A stretch of 64,000 nt of DNA, taken from the NCBI GenBank assembly GCA_001643675.2, contig LSRY02000058.1, positions 186,001-250,000 of the forward strand, read 5' to 3'. The DNA is from Monocercomonoides exilis PA203. Its lineage: Eukaryota; Protista; Preaxostyla. This document shows positions 25,092 to 38,998 of this stretch, piece after piece (the stretch's first letter is position 1; each line of letters opens with the position of its first letter). Both the position numbers and the translations under genes were made by a program. The notes beneath the pieces are model-generated. The model ran no database searches. It had not been told where the DNA came from and saw nothing but the letters and a program-made list of their open reading frames with translations.

Positions 25092-25300
25092 GGGTCATTC
25101 TTTTTAAAAAGTCGCGAATGTTTAATTATCAAAAAAATATAAAAATTTCACATTTTGTTCACATTTCTGTTTCCACTCACGAAATTTCTTCAGAATGAAT
25201 GAAATAGCATTATCCAGAAACATATTTCATATAAGTGAAGTTTGGTGAGTGTTAACATAAATTTAAGCAAAATGGGTGATTTTTTTTAACATCATAAAAA
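25091..25300 (+). mobile_element. MITE-family left end plus internal sequence (no nearby right TIR)
   Basis: TA|TGGGTCATTCTTTTTAAAAAGTCGCGAATGTTTAATT, with internal similarity to 8333-8520. Confidence 0.85.
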
Positions 25301-25739
25301 AAGATCAAAAATTGAAAAAATAAAATCTATTGTGGTAATTATTGATCAAAGAGATAAATTGATTTTTCATGAGTATTTCGCTTTTATTTCTGAAAATTAT
25401 ATTTGTTTCATTAATAAAAACAAAAAAACACACCTTTTGATTTTTATGTGAAATTGAATATTTTGATCAAGTTTTTTAAAAAAACGAAAAATCTATCTTT
25501 AAAAGGTTAACAGAAATTTCAAAACTGGAAAAACAAAATATTGCAAAGAAAAAATTTAAAATAAGAACAGAAAAAACGATAAGAAAACAAAATTATTGAA
25601 ACCAATTTATAAATAATAGTTATTTCTCTTTTTTCTTTTCGTCTTTGAACAGCTAACAAATTTCCTTTCCTTTTATTCGGTTCAGCAGCTTCATCAAACA
25701 TAAACAGAAGAATTGGATAATTTGATTAAGCAGAGCTCA

Positions 25740-28700
25740 ACAGCTGGCTCCTCCTCATCGTTTTGAAAAAAATTGTTATCCTCAATGGAATTGATGCTGA
25801 TACATGTGGCAAAACACAACAAAACCCATGTGAAACAGTGGAGGATGCCCTCGGATGCATTGCTCCCTTCAGCGATGCCTCCCTCTCTCTTCTCCTCTCC
25901 ATTTTCACTCCAACAAAGACTCTCAACCTCATCGATGTCGATATAAAAAGCACTGGAAATGATAATCATTTTCCGATTTCTTTTTTGTCTCTTCAATTAT
26001 CTCTTCTTATTTTGATTATTTTCCAAACAATTGAAAAATCTTTGCGCTTTCAGAACATTTTTATTTGAGGAACGTGGAATCGCTTATTCTATCAAAGAGC
26101 TCAAAATCAGCTCCGGTTAAAAAATATTTCTTTGTCATTTCTTCATCATATTTCTCCTTTTCATCAAATGAAAATAAAGTTGTTGCTTTAAGGAATCATC
26201 TATTTCTTCTCTTCAAAAAGACGTATTTCGATTATTTCAGCAAGCTCTTCAAAACTTTCAATTTCTTTTGTTATTCCCTTTTCACCTTTTTTGTCCGCTG
26301 CAGAGGCACTTATTTCATAGAATTATCCTTCGATTATTTGTATTTTAATAAATTTCTATTCCCCTCTTTGTTTCTTTTTTGATTGCTTGATAAAGGCGCA
26401 TGAAATTATGCAATCTCTCAAAGATCATCCACATAATCATTAACCCCAAATATCCAATCCTGTCCTGCTCCTACTGTTTTCTGTAATCTTTCAACTTCCA
26501 AATGAAAAGCAGAGGTAATTTCTTTTTTCTGTTGCATGCATGATGATAGTCTATTCTTGATTTGAAATTGAATTTCATCCATTGACATATAAATTATACA
26601 GATATTCCATGATAGAATAAATATTCCTTTTGTCTTTCTGAATGTGAATGAAAGTGAGAAACGATGTCGAATTCGAGGGGAGTTGAATGCAAGAGAAGGA
26701 GACGAAGAGAAAGCAGGAAGTTTTAGTGGAGGAAGTGATCCAGGAGCAGCAGAATTAGCAGAAGATAGAAGTTAAGCTTGGAATTGCAGTGAAGGAAAAA
26801 AATATGTTCTGAAAGAAGGAGAAGATTTCTGTTGGACGTTCATAAATAATAACGAATTGACAAGCGAAGAAGTTCAGTGAGAAAGAGGACGAAGAGCAAT
26901 GTTTGCATTTGCGTCAAATTCTGCAGTTGAATCAAAATGCGCAACAAAATTGAGCACAGGGTGTTTCTGCATCAGATCCATAGCCATTGAATTCTGCGAC
27001 GTGAAGAAAGATGCAAATTTTGAGAACGAAAGCGAAGAAAACAGCTTCGACAACGCATCTCTTCTTCCGGGCACACTGCTCTGACTGAATGTTCTTATCC
27101 CTTTCTCCTTCTGAAACAGCAGAGGTGATCTTTCCCTGCTCCTTTCCTTCCCTTCCTGTGAGTCACTTCTGCTTTGTACTCTTCATACGTCCAGCCATCC
27201 CATGCACCTAAGCCCCACCAGTCGTCTTCATAAAACTTTTCCACTCTTCTTGGGAATGGTGTCAGAATCTCTGGAAGCTTCTTCTATCGTATGAAGTCTT
27301 CTATATCTTCATCAATTCCAGTCAAGTTGCATACTTCTTCTTCTTTATTTTTTAGATTATTTTTTCTTAAAATTTGTTATACGCTTCATCTTCCTAGCAC
27401 CTGAAACAACTTGTTTGAAATTGTTCAAAAAATCCTCCAAAATCACTTCTTCGTTTTCATCGTTGTTCTTGCAATCATCTTCTTCGTCCTCATCTTTCGT
27501 GTTATCTTCATCGCCTTCATTTTTTTCCTTGTTTCCACATCCCTAAACTCTTCCATATTCCCTCCTCATTCTCCTTCTCTTCATCATCTCCTCTTTCTCC
27601 CTCGCTTCAATACCAATAAACATATACTTTGCCTTTTCCTCCAGCTCAGAATCCAGTCATCTCCTCTGCTCTTCTTCGATCTTGGCCATCTCATTCACCA
27701 GCACTTCCTCGGATTTCCTCCGCTCCTCCACTTCTTTTGTCTTTCGTATTTCCTCTTTCTCTCCTTTCAGGATCCCATTCCCTTCTTCTCCTCTTTCTCA
27801 TCCTCACCACCAATAATTAAAATCCTCTTGCTTGCTGCATATGCTGCGTTGTTCTGAAGGATGCTCAGAGGCTCAAACACATCCCTCTAGGCTTACACGC
27901 TCCTTCTCGCAAACACATTTGCATTGCATAATTTGTTCTTTCCAAGAATCTCTAAAGGAATCGGAAGCGAGAACGAAGAAATAGATGAAGGAGATGAAGA
28001 AGTGGAGCTTTGTCCAGTTGTGCAGAAGGACTTCTGTGTAAGTGATGAGGTGTCTGTGGCGGGAGGCAATGGAGCGCCAGCAAGAACATAAGTGACAGAT
28101 AATTGGGTGCAGGGCAAGTGAGAAAAAGGAGTGGTTGCAATTGTCGAGGAGGCTTTGATGTTTTGAGTGTGCAGCTGGGAAGAGGAGAGTGTGCTGTCGA
28201 ACGAGCAAAATAACTGCTGCTGTTCATCATGATCAGCGCCTCCTTTTTCTTCTCTTCCTCTTCCGCTTCTTTTTGTTGCTGCTTGTTCAAGTCTTGTTTC
28301 GAAAGTGTCTTTATGTGATGTTGTTATCTTGTTATTCTCGTTCATCATCATCTTCTTCTTTGGCATTTCCTGCTGTCTCCCTTTCCTCTGCTCAGTACTC
28401 AACTTTCTTCTGAGTTCAGCGATCTTTGGCTCTTCTGTTTGTACATGCGCTTCTCTCTCTTTGCTCCTTGGTGATGTCAATGAGCGAAAAGATGTGCGCA
28501 ATGAGCCAAACAGCTCCTTCCGCCTTCAGTTGCCATTTCTCATGTGACGCCCATTCACCTCATTTACTCCGTTCAGCACAGCCTGAATGTGGAAGCCGTA
28601 CGAAGTGCTGAAGCAGAGCGGAACGAACTGCCGCAAAAAAGGCAAACAGTTCAGATGCATATTCAGCGAAGCTGCAGAACGCATTGATTACGAATATGAT

Positions 28701-30140
28701 GACGTTGAGAGAATAGAAACAGAATGACACAATTTTTTGTTCAATTTAGTGGCTCTGCCAAGTGACTCTCACAAACGAATCAAAATGTTGATGATCTAAT
28801 CCATCAGAATGTGATAAAAATCAACAAAGAAGATGTTAAAGAAGTTGAGAGAATAAAAAGATACAGAAGAAGAAGAAGAATACGAGGAAGAAATTGTTGA
28901 AGTCAAAGAAGAAGCAGCAGAAGAAGCAATATTTGACTGAAGAAGATTTTGCGTGTTTTTGGCTATGCTGTTCATAATAGGCGTGCTTGTCGCTGAATAA
29001 GCAAGTGAATTGTGAGAAGGCGAATTTTGTGTTTGTCAACCGAAAAATGAGGAAGATGGTCGATTGAATGAAGGAGAATGATCAGAAGAAGAAGATGATG
29101 ATCCCACGATGACGAAGTTCAAATCGAAAAAATGTGAATATATGTGGTAATAGGGAAATGCGCAATCAGTCAATTGGAATTCCTAAAGAAGATGTTGAGA
29201 TTAATTTGGGTGAAGTTGTTGATTGCACCAAATATCGAATTCAATAAGTTGTTTTGACAAAGAGCAAACAATCGTTATCGAAATATTTGTTGAAGCCCGA
29301 AGAAAATTAATTGATGAAAAATGACATCATCAGTTCGTTGACTTTCTTTTAGCATTGTCCACTCTTTTCTCTTCAAAAGCAATAAATGTAAATATATTTC
29401 AATTTCCATTCATTTCCATTCACCTCTTCCATTCAGTTCACAAAATCATTTGAAGATATCAATCCCCTCCTTTTCTTCTCTTTCCTGTTCTCTTCCATAA
29501 AATATCCTCCTCTTAAAAGAAGCACCTATACCATTTGAAAGCTTCACGATTTCCCTCTTCTTGTCCACTTTTGCCTTCTTTTCCTTCTTTTCAAAATCCA
29601 TTTCTCTAATCAACAACAAGCCCTCCTTCATCATCCTCAGTCACTTCTCTACATATTGACTATGTTTTTTTCTCCCAATCTCCTCCTGCTCTTCCCCACC
29701 CCTTTGTCTCAAAATCTCTACCATTCAAAACCCCCTCTTGAAATATTAACATTCTAAAAAACACCCAACTCCCACCCCCTGCCACAAATAATCTTCTTTC
29801 ATCTCTTCTCTTCCCCATATCCCTCATGTGCCATGTGTTGGTGAGATAAACATCAAATACTTCTTTTGGTGGTTGAGAATATTATTAAAGGAGATGATCA
29901 TGACAAAAACAGAAAAAACACCTCTGAACATCCACCACAATGTATACGGGCTGAGAAGACCCTCCAGTGAGATACACGATATATTTTGTGAAGAAGGATG
30001 CAATGCTGTATTCAACCATTCTGAGACTGAAATGAAGAGATTGATTTATTTTTTGAATGATGACGGCTGTGGAAATGAAGCTGTTTGGCAAAATACAATT
30101 GAAGAGCAGTTTGGTATTTATTTATTTCATTACACATGAA
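25740..30140. pseudogene. Mosaic of decayed gene fragments on both strands
   Basis: Short coding-like pieces: 25763+ GIDADTCGKTQQNPCETVEDAL (beta-helix family motif), 27893-28501(-), ~29440-29820(-) and 29828-30139(+). No long intact ORF. Confidence 0.5.
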
Positions 30141-30819
30141 TATTTGTTTATGGCTGTTATTGTTTCGTTTTCAGAGCAGCAGGTGGAAATGAATGAAAAT
30201 GAATAAAAGCGGGATATCTCATAATGCAGAATGAATTTTGAGTTGGGAGAGCGAACTCAAATGGAAAGTGTGCATGATGAAGCGATTGGGAAGGAAATTG
30301 GCGTTGATATTTTCTTATGAACTGATTGGATTTGAATTGAGAAAGGTGAGATTTGAACAGAAAACATAAATCTCACTTTTTGCAGAAGAGTGAAATGGAG
30401 GCATTTGAAGCTGATATGACTGCTGGAAAGGATGGTCGGAGAATCAGATGATGATATACTTGAAAATAGAATATTTTCATTTAGTATTTATCGATTTCAA
30501 CTTATCTTATTCAATTTATTTTCAACAACATTGTTTAACAGTTTTTTGCTTTGGATATTGATTAATTATGTATTTTGATTATTTTTATCATGTTTTAAAA
30601 ACCATAAAAGTTGGGTTTTGTTCTGTTCATTGAAATTTCAAATTTTTTGATAAATTTTTTGTTTTTTTTCAAATTTGAAGCAAAAACTATTTGTTTTTAA
30701 TTAAATTCAACAAGCAATTAATAATAATTATATTTAAAGCAATATATTTGAATGATCATCACTTTCATTTTTCTAATCAAAAGAACCCTTAATGAAAATT
30801 TTTTATGATCAAACATCGG

Positions 30820-30913
30820 AATTTTTTATGATATCAAAAAAAATCACCCAAATATGAAAATTTTGATTTATTTGCAAATTTTACATTTGCGACTTTTCAA
30901 AAAGAATCACCCA
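30820..30913 (-). mobile_element. MITE-family end in reverse orientation, followed by TA
   Basis: Revcomp TGGGTGATTCTTTTTGAAAAGTCGCAAATGT...CAAATAAATCAAAATTTTCATATTT matches the 8333 left end. TA at 30914-30915. Confidence 0.88.
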
Positions 30914-31392
30914 TATACTCAATATTTCTAATTTCAAATTATAAGTTGACCAATTTTGAATAATAAGTTTATAAATTTTTAACAATAAATGGTTAATGAA
31001 ACATGTATAGAGCGAAGAAATTACAAAATGATTTTTGAGCAAGATTAATTTTTTTGCAAAAATTATTTTGCAATTCCGTCTAAAATTGATGTTGATTAAT
31101 TAAAATTAAATTATTGTGTTATTTTTTGCATTTCCGAAATTCAATTATCATTCCACGTCAAATATTTGTTTTTTTTTGAATTGTTCAATTTTAAAAAAGA
31201 TCAGTATTGGTGAGTTGCTCCAAATTGAATATGAAAGATAAACACATTCATTATTTTTTGGTAGTTTCATAGGAATAAAATCATAGCTTTTCGTAGAAAT
31301 ATTTTGTTTTTTTTTAAAGTTTGATCATAATTTATGCGGATAAATATACCTAAATAAGTAATTTTTTATTGAAAGAAGAAAACACATCCATC

Positions 31393-32048
31393 ATGGGTCG
31401 TATGCACACTCCAGGGTTTGTCTTTTTATAGTCACATTTTTATTCATCTATTTGTTTTCTGAATTTTTGAATCAAATGTAAAAATTATGTTTAACAACGA
31501 ATTGAATTACATATATCAGAAAAGGTATTTCATCCTCGGCCATCCCATACAGCCGAGCAGCTCCATCATGGAACACACTTACAACACAGGAAGTTTCTGA
31601 ACTCGTTGTGAGACTCGCTAAAAAGGGTTTGATGCCATCCCAGATTGGTGTTATTCTGAGAGATTCCAATGGTGTTCCAATGACAAAGCCAATCACTGGA
31701 ACAAAGATTTTCCGTATCTTGAAAGCTAATGGTATTCATTTTCAAAAATTTATCTTTTTTTGGATTGAATATAACGTTTTTAAAAATATATTAATGTAAA
31801 TAATTTATCAATTGGAAAACTTAAAAGGTCTTGCACCTGAAATCCCAGAGGATTTGTACTGCCTCATCAAGAAAGCAGTTAACATGCGCAAACATCTCGA
31901 AAAATTTAGAAAAGACAAGGATTCAAAATATCGTCTCATTCTTATCGAATCAAGAATTCATCGTCTTGCTCGCTACTACAAGAAAAGCAAGAAGATTCCA
32001 CCAACATGGAGATATCAAGCAAGCACAGCTTCTGCGTTAGTTGCATAA
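31393..32048 (+). CDS. RPS13: 40S ribosomal protein S13 (uS15); exons 31393-31415, 31520-31731, 31828-32048
   Basis: [18 protein letters not shown]...[20 protein letters not shown]...[18 protein letters not shown]...[24 protein letters not shown]...ASALVA. Confidence 0.98.
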
Positions 32049-32257
32049 AAATTGAGATTTGTCTTTCTTCTTTCAACAATTCACATTTCCATTGGATTTT
32101 GGAGGATGGACTGTTCAAATTTTTCATACAATAAAAAAATAAGTTAATTATATTTAATTTTTGTATCATCAAACACTTTGTGGAAATTTATTGATCTTTT
32201 TGATCCTGTACTTTAAAAATTAAAGAATCGTTTACAAATCTCATCAATGTTTTATAA

Positions 32258-35200
32258 ATGCATAGGTCAAGGCTCAGAAAAATTGAGCTTTCAACAAATA
32301 ACGATGGAGAAAAGTATAGCATTTCAACAGTGTATAAGAAAGTGAATTCTTCTACATTCGTGAAGAATCCTTTTGAAAGTATTTATGTAAATATTGCGCA
32401 AGCCCCTCTTAACACTACATATTTATCGGAAAGAAAACCTCAACTCACATCTGAAGAATTGGGGATTGCTTCATTAAATCTTATGGTTAGGACAAAAATC
32501 ATTAAAGAACAAATATCATCTTTAACACAAATGACTCAGCAAGCTGAAAAGAAACTTGGTGCAAACTCTTCTGGTAAAAATGTAAAAACAAAGCAACAAC
32601 ATAAGAAACATACAAACACTCTTGATTTTGAATCTCGTATGTATCTCCAAAACATTTATAAATCAATTTATCTTCACCATAGTTTCAGAAACAGAACTCG
32701 AACAGTTAGAACGCCAATGGAACAACATAGTGATGGGGGAATCAGTGAAAATGACAGAAATTCCATTTCAAATTGAAAGTAATTTATCTTCTTCAGTTTT
32801 TCTATCAGACAAATTTCAAACAATGGAAATAACAAAGAATCATCGAGCTGAAAGAAATGCTCAAAAACTCCAGTCTTCTTATTTGATACCTCAAATGTTT
32901 TGGGGCCAGAGCGAAAAAAAATTCGGATTTATAAAACATTTACGTTTAGATCAATATGGCTCATTTGATGTAGATTTGAGACAGTTGACTGGAAACAATT
33001 TATCTTCCACTCGACTTTTTGGCGAATATAATTTGAACAAGAATTACGCGAGGAAAATCATCAATAAAGAAAGTGGTATGAATTATATTTCCTTTTGATT
33101 TTGCGGAAAAAATACTCATTAATGAGATATTCTTGTGAGATAGACTATTTGAAGATGTTTAATAGCTTTCCAAATTTTTCTGCAGATGAAGCAAAAGGAA
33201 CAGAGCTATTATTTGTGCATGGATTGAGCGGAACAGAAGCAGACGAAGACACTCTGAATGAGACTGAAGACGAAGACGAAGAGGAAGAGGAAGAAGAAGA
33301 TAAAGAGAAAGAAGAGGAGGAGGAGGAAGAAGAGGAGGAAGAGGAAGAAAAAGAGGAAGATGAAACCAGTGGAAATGCGATGCAGTCCGAACGTAGAGAC
33401 GAGGAAAGCCATTCAAAGACGAATAAGTCCACAACTGCAAAGGGAGATGAAATGAACGAAGGAAAAAATTTCACTGACACAAACAAAAAGATGGGCAGAG
33501 TCAGATTTTCGACGTTGGATTTGAGCTTTGGGGAGGATGAAGAAGATGATAGCACAAGAAAAGAAGGAGCAGAAATCGAAATGGAAGAGGAAGAGGAAGA
33601 GGAAGAGGAAAAAGAAGAAGAAGAAGAATTGGAAGGCGGCGAAGGAAGAGGAGGTGGAACAGATGAAGAAAGAAGCAAGCGCAAAGGCTGGGAAATAGAA
33701 AATGGAGAGCCAATTGATGGGCAGAAGGGGAATATTGGAGGCAGAGATGGAAAGGCAAGTGTGCTGAAAGCAGAGCAGATGACAGCAGAAAAGCAGAAAG
33801 AACAGAAAATGAATGAAGCCACTGCGAAAGAAAGGGAGCTTAAGCAAAGAGAAGTCAAAGACATTGAATTTGTTGATGGGACATTGCACAACCTGGCAAA
33901 GGGAAACAAGTTGCATATTCAAAAATCGCCAATCACGTTGAAGGGATATGAGCTCTATCGGCTGGATGGAGAAGAAGGGAAGGCGCTGCTGGAAAAGACG
34001 GCTGATGCAAAAAAGTACCAAAGACTGTATGTTTTTTTGTTATTTTATTTATTTATTTATTTATTTATTAACTAATTTTCTGTTTTTATATTTCTTTCTT
34101 TCTTTCTTTTTGTTGAATAACATTTTCTTTCAAATGATTGAATATCGATTCACAAATTGACAACATTCTTTTCCTTTTCCAATAATTTTATTTTATTTTA
34201 TTTTATTTTCTCATTTTATTTTCTTATTTTATTTTATTTTAATATTTCAAATATTCCAATGACTTTTCCTTCCCATCAGCTCACTCACCACCAAAATGTA
34301 CCTCCTTTCCGAATTCCGGCTGGACGACGCAATTTCTGCTGCAAAGCAGAAATCTGCTCTTCTTTCTTCACATTCAGCTGAGCTTGGCCATCTTCTGACG
34401 TTGCCTCGTCCAACAGCTGCAAACAGCGACATTCTGAACAAACAGACAATTGAGCCATCTTTAGGCATTGAGAACAATCACAAACAAGGAAGGGATGATG
34501 TGGAAGACTCATTGATGCAACCTTTTGGTGCTATTTCTTCTTCTTCTTCCTCATCATCATTTTCTTCTTCTTCTTCTTCTTTTTCTTTTCGTATTAATTC
34601 ATCATCTGCCAAACAGGATCTTGTCTCAACAGCTGAAACTGAACACATCCTGTGCCCAATATGCACACTTCCTCATCCTTCTTCTTCCACTTCTTTGTCT
34701 TCATCATCATCTTCTTCGTCTTCTTCTTCATTTTCGTCTTCTTCTTCCCACAACCACAACATCAGCTCTTCAATGCCAACCAAATCATCTTCACAGTATT
34801 TCGCATCCAAATCCAAAATACACAGTTCATCGGCCAACAACACAAAGACACCAACAAACAATCAGAACTGCCCCCACATCAAATTCACCCGCCCTCCAAA
34901 AGAAATCTTTGGCTCTTCTTCTCTCTTTTATCTCCTCAACGGCACAGATTTTGCTTGGCTTCGGCAGCAGAAAGAGAGAAAAAGAAACTTCTCCTTTCAA
35001 AACCAGCTGCCTTCAACTCCATTTTTCCACAGGAAGTTTTCTTTTGCCTCGTCTCTTTCGATTCCACTGTGTTCTCTGGATGATCTGGTGGATGTGGCAC
35101 AGCTGTGGTTGGAGTGTGTGTGCGACAGATTTCTTGAGCCGGTTGAATTGGAGGAGGAGGAAAAGGAGGAAAAGGAGGAAGATGAGAAAGAGGAGAAAGA

Positions 35201-36995
35201 AGATGAAGAAAAAGAAGAAAAAGAAGAGGAGAATAGAAAAATGCACAGGAATGATAGAGAAGAGGAAGAAGAAACGAAAAAGAATGAGCTTATTTGGAAC
35301 CAGCTCAGCAATCACGCAACCAACACACCATTTCCCCCCTCTTTTGGCAATTCTTCATTTGGCAGTCTCCAACAAGAGCTGGAGTCTTCTGAATTGTCTC
35401 GTTTCATTCAGCCAGAAGATGCAGTGCTGTGTGAGCAGTGGAGCAGCCGAATAAGAAAAGAACTGGGCAAAGCACAAAAAGAGGCAGAAGAAGAAGAAGA
35501 GAGGAGGAATGCTGTGGAGGATGACAGTGCTGATGGAGTAGGGGATTTGTATGACAGCTATTTTGGAGGGGGAAGAAGGGCAGAGGAAGAGAAAGAAGGA
35601 AAAGAACTGGAAAATTATCTGTACCAAGATGATGATGAGGAGGAGGAAGAAGAAGAAAGGGATATGAACGTGAATGCTGTTGATAATAATGGCATTTTTA
35701 AAGAGCCAACTGAAAAGGAGAAGGAAAAAGAAGACAATCAAAATGCTCTCAAACAAACAGAGGATGAACACATGATGGAATTAGATAGGACAGGAAGTGA
35801 ACAAGAAATGGAAGGGAAAAGAGAAACATTAAAAGAGAGAGGATTAATCAAAGAAGAAATGCCAGAAGCAAAGCTTCTTTCTTCTTCACCTTCAGACTCA
35901 TCAGCAAATGTGCGTGTGACCTCGTTCCCTTCCTCCAATTCTTTTGCATCGTTTCTGTCTTATTTGACTGGGGCATCACATTCTTCTTCTTTGCCTTCTT
36001 CTTCTTCTTCTTCTTCTTCATTGTCATCAAATGGCTCTTTCTCTCTATTTGGAAGAGGAGGAGGAGGAGGAAGAGGAGTTAGTGTGAAAGATGGGTATTC
36101 ACAGTTTAATTTGGGGAAGCTGACAAGAGAAGTGGAAAAGATGCTGTTGCAGCCGAAAGAGGAGGAGCAGAAGAGGAATGGAGAGTTGAGAGAAGAATGG
36201 GAGAGGATGAAGGCAGAGGTGAAGAAGAGGAGAGAAGGAAGGAAGAAAGAAGAAGAGGAAATTGTGCAGAAGATGAGGGAGAAAGACGAGGAAGAGGAGA
36301 AAAGAGAGGAAGAAATGGATGAATGGGAGATGGACAATAGAGAAGAAGAGCTGAGGAGTTTTGAGTTGAAGCTGAAGAATTTGAAAGAAGAGGAAGAAAG
36401 AGACAAGAAAATGATGGCGTTGTGGCTGAAGGAAGAGAGAAAATTAAAAGTTGCATTTTTAAAGCAGCATTCTGTGTCTCTTTCGCAGCTTAGCTCTCGT
36501 TTTGGTGATGGCATTCCAGAGATTCCTTTGAATACACATGAAATTCCCCCTTTGACATCATTGAATGAAGGAAGAAGAAACGAAAGAATTGTTCAAATTT
36601 TTGTGAAGCCATCAATTTTTGCAAAGCTAAATCCAATGCAAATGCTGAAGTATCCATTGGAATCTCCATTTTTGACACAAAATTCATTCAAATCAAACAT
36701 TTCTGAACAGTCTGCGAGTTCAAGTCAACAAACAGAGAATTCATTTCTTTCACTTTCATCAGCATCTTCTTCGTCTGGCTCATTCACTCCTCAAGAATGC
36801 TTTTATCTGATGCTTCATTCAGCCCACAAGTTTAACACACATACTGCGAAGGAGCGATATAACTCGGCCATTCAGAAAAGAAAAGATGAATGTGGCTATG
36901 AAATAGACACTAACGACATAACTATGGAATATGTTCTCCTTCAAAACTCTCAAAAGGGAAATGATCTTGAAATGAGATTTTTTTCAATTTCTTGA
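32258..36995 (+). CDS. Hypothetical acidic/coiled-coil protein (~1450 aa), 4 exons (introns ~32637-32682, 33076-33143, 34027-34279)
   Basis: Three GT-AG introns join four consecutive ORFs in frame. Confidence 0.7.
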
Positions 36996-37157
36996 CATGA
37001 GGGATAAATGACATTTATTTTCAACTTTGCTTTTGCTATTTTTTCTTTTTCATTTATAATAAAGAAAAGTCAACATGAAAAATTTCATTTTTCAAAAGAA
37101 AAAATAAATTCATATAATAAAGGAACCAGATCAACATTTCAGATCTATTTATCAAAA

Positions 37158-38967
37158 ATGTCTCAAGGAGCTTATAAGACCGATGCAACAAGCTCAACTT
37201 CAGTTGGAATCAAAAAAGGAGAAGTTGCAGCAATGCAAGCAATATTAGATGACAAGGATATCATGAAGGATTTGTCACAACGTCCAAAAGTTTTTGCAAG
37301 GTACTTTCATTTAGACTTTGAAAAAGTTAATCCATTCTCATCGTTGACCTTATTTTTTGAAACTCGTTTTCAGAATTTTGTTTTATATTGCACAAGGAAT
37401 TGACATGTCTCCACTTTTCAGCAGAATGGTTGTGGTATGTATTTTCTTTTATTCAGAACATGACGCATTAATTTTTAATTGTAAATAGAATGCAGGGACT
37501 AAGGACTTTATTGAGAAAAAATTGATTTATCAATATCTTGTTTATTACGCTCCAACAAAAGCTGTATGCTATTTCGATTTATTCTTAATTTTTAATAAAA
37601 AATAAATTAATTAAATTGAAATTTTCAGGATCTTGCTTTACTGTGCGTTAACACATTCAGAAACGATTTTAGATCAGATTCACCTCAAATTCGAGGACTT
37701 GCACTTCGATCTCTGACTGGTCTGAAAGTGAAATCTTTGTTGGAATACATTATTCCATGCATCACAAATGGATTGGTGGATCCAAACTCATACGTTCGTG
37801 GAGTTGCTGTTATGTCAGCACTTCAGATGTTTTACTTTGCACCAGAACAATTTGAGGGTATTTCTTTTTTGATATTTTTGTAATTTATTATAATTTTTAT
37901 TTTAGAGCAAAAATATCTTGACACAATGTTTGAGATGCTTCGAGATACAGATGCTTCAGTTTCTGGAAATTGCGTTATGGCTTTGAACGAAGTTTGAGGA
38001 ATTTTTCTAAATATTTAATTTGTTAATCTATGTTTTATCATTTTGCTTTAAAATTTTTTAATGTTATAAATTCTCAAACAGGTTCTTGGCACATCAAAAT
38101 CAAAAGTCCTTACAAAACCATTGGTTCTGTATCTTCTTAACAGATTGCATCATTACAACGAATGGCACGCCATTGCAGTTCTTCAGTTGGTGAAGAAATA
38201 CACACCTACCAACGAAGATGAGATGTTTGATATCATGGTATGGAAATATTGAATATGAAGTTAAAGCAGATAATATTACCTTATTTATTTCCCCTTTATT
38301 TTGCGTATCCAAATTTTATGTTTTATTTGCAAACAAAATGAATATTCTTTTTCACTTTATCAATGTTCATTTTAATTCCCAAATGACTTTATTCTTTCCA
38401 TTAAATTATTAATCAGAATTTGCTTGAAAAATACTTCCGATCGACAAACAGTGGAATCGTGTTTGCAGTTGCTGAAGTGTTCTTACACTTCACACAACAT
38501 GATCCAGAGCTCCACAAAGATGTTGCTCAGAGACTTGTCGGTTTGTTATCATTGAACATTTTATTTATTTATTTATTTTATTTTATTTTATTTATTTATT
38601 TATTTACTTTAAATGTTTTTTACTGTTGTTGATTGAATATCAAATGAAAAATGCTTTTGATCCTATGCTTTAAAAAATGAATTATTTTTATTTTTATTTT
38701 ATTTCTTTTATATTTTTGATGATTATTGTTCACAAACTCATGTTTCATCTCATCCATTTTGAAATTTTTATGTTTCTTTCTTTCTTTCTTTCTTTTTCTC
38801 TTGCACTCCTAAAATGAAAATTCTTTACAGGGCCTCTTGTATCAATGATGTCATCTCCGTCACACGAGATAGCATTCACAGCCACAACACACGCAAAGAC
38901 TATTCAAGAGAGATTTATGGGTGCATTTGACAAGCATTACAAAGCATTCTATTGGCGGTTTGCTTTT

Positions 38968-38998
<31 letters not shown>

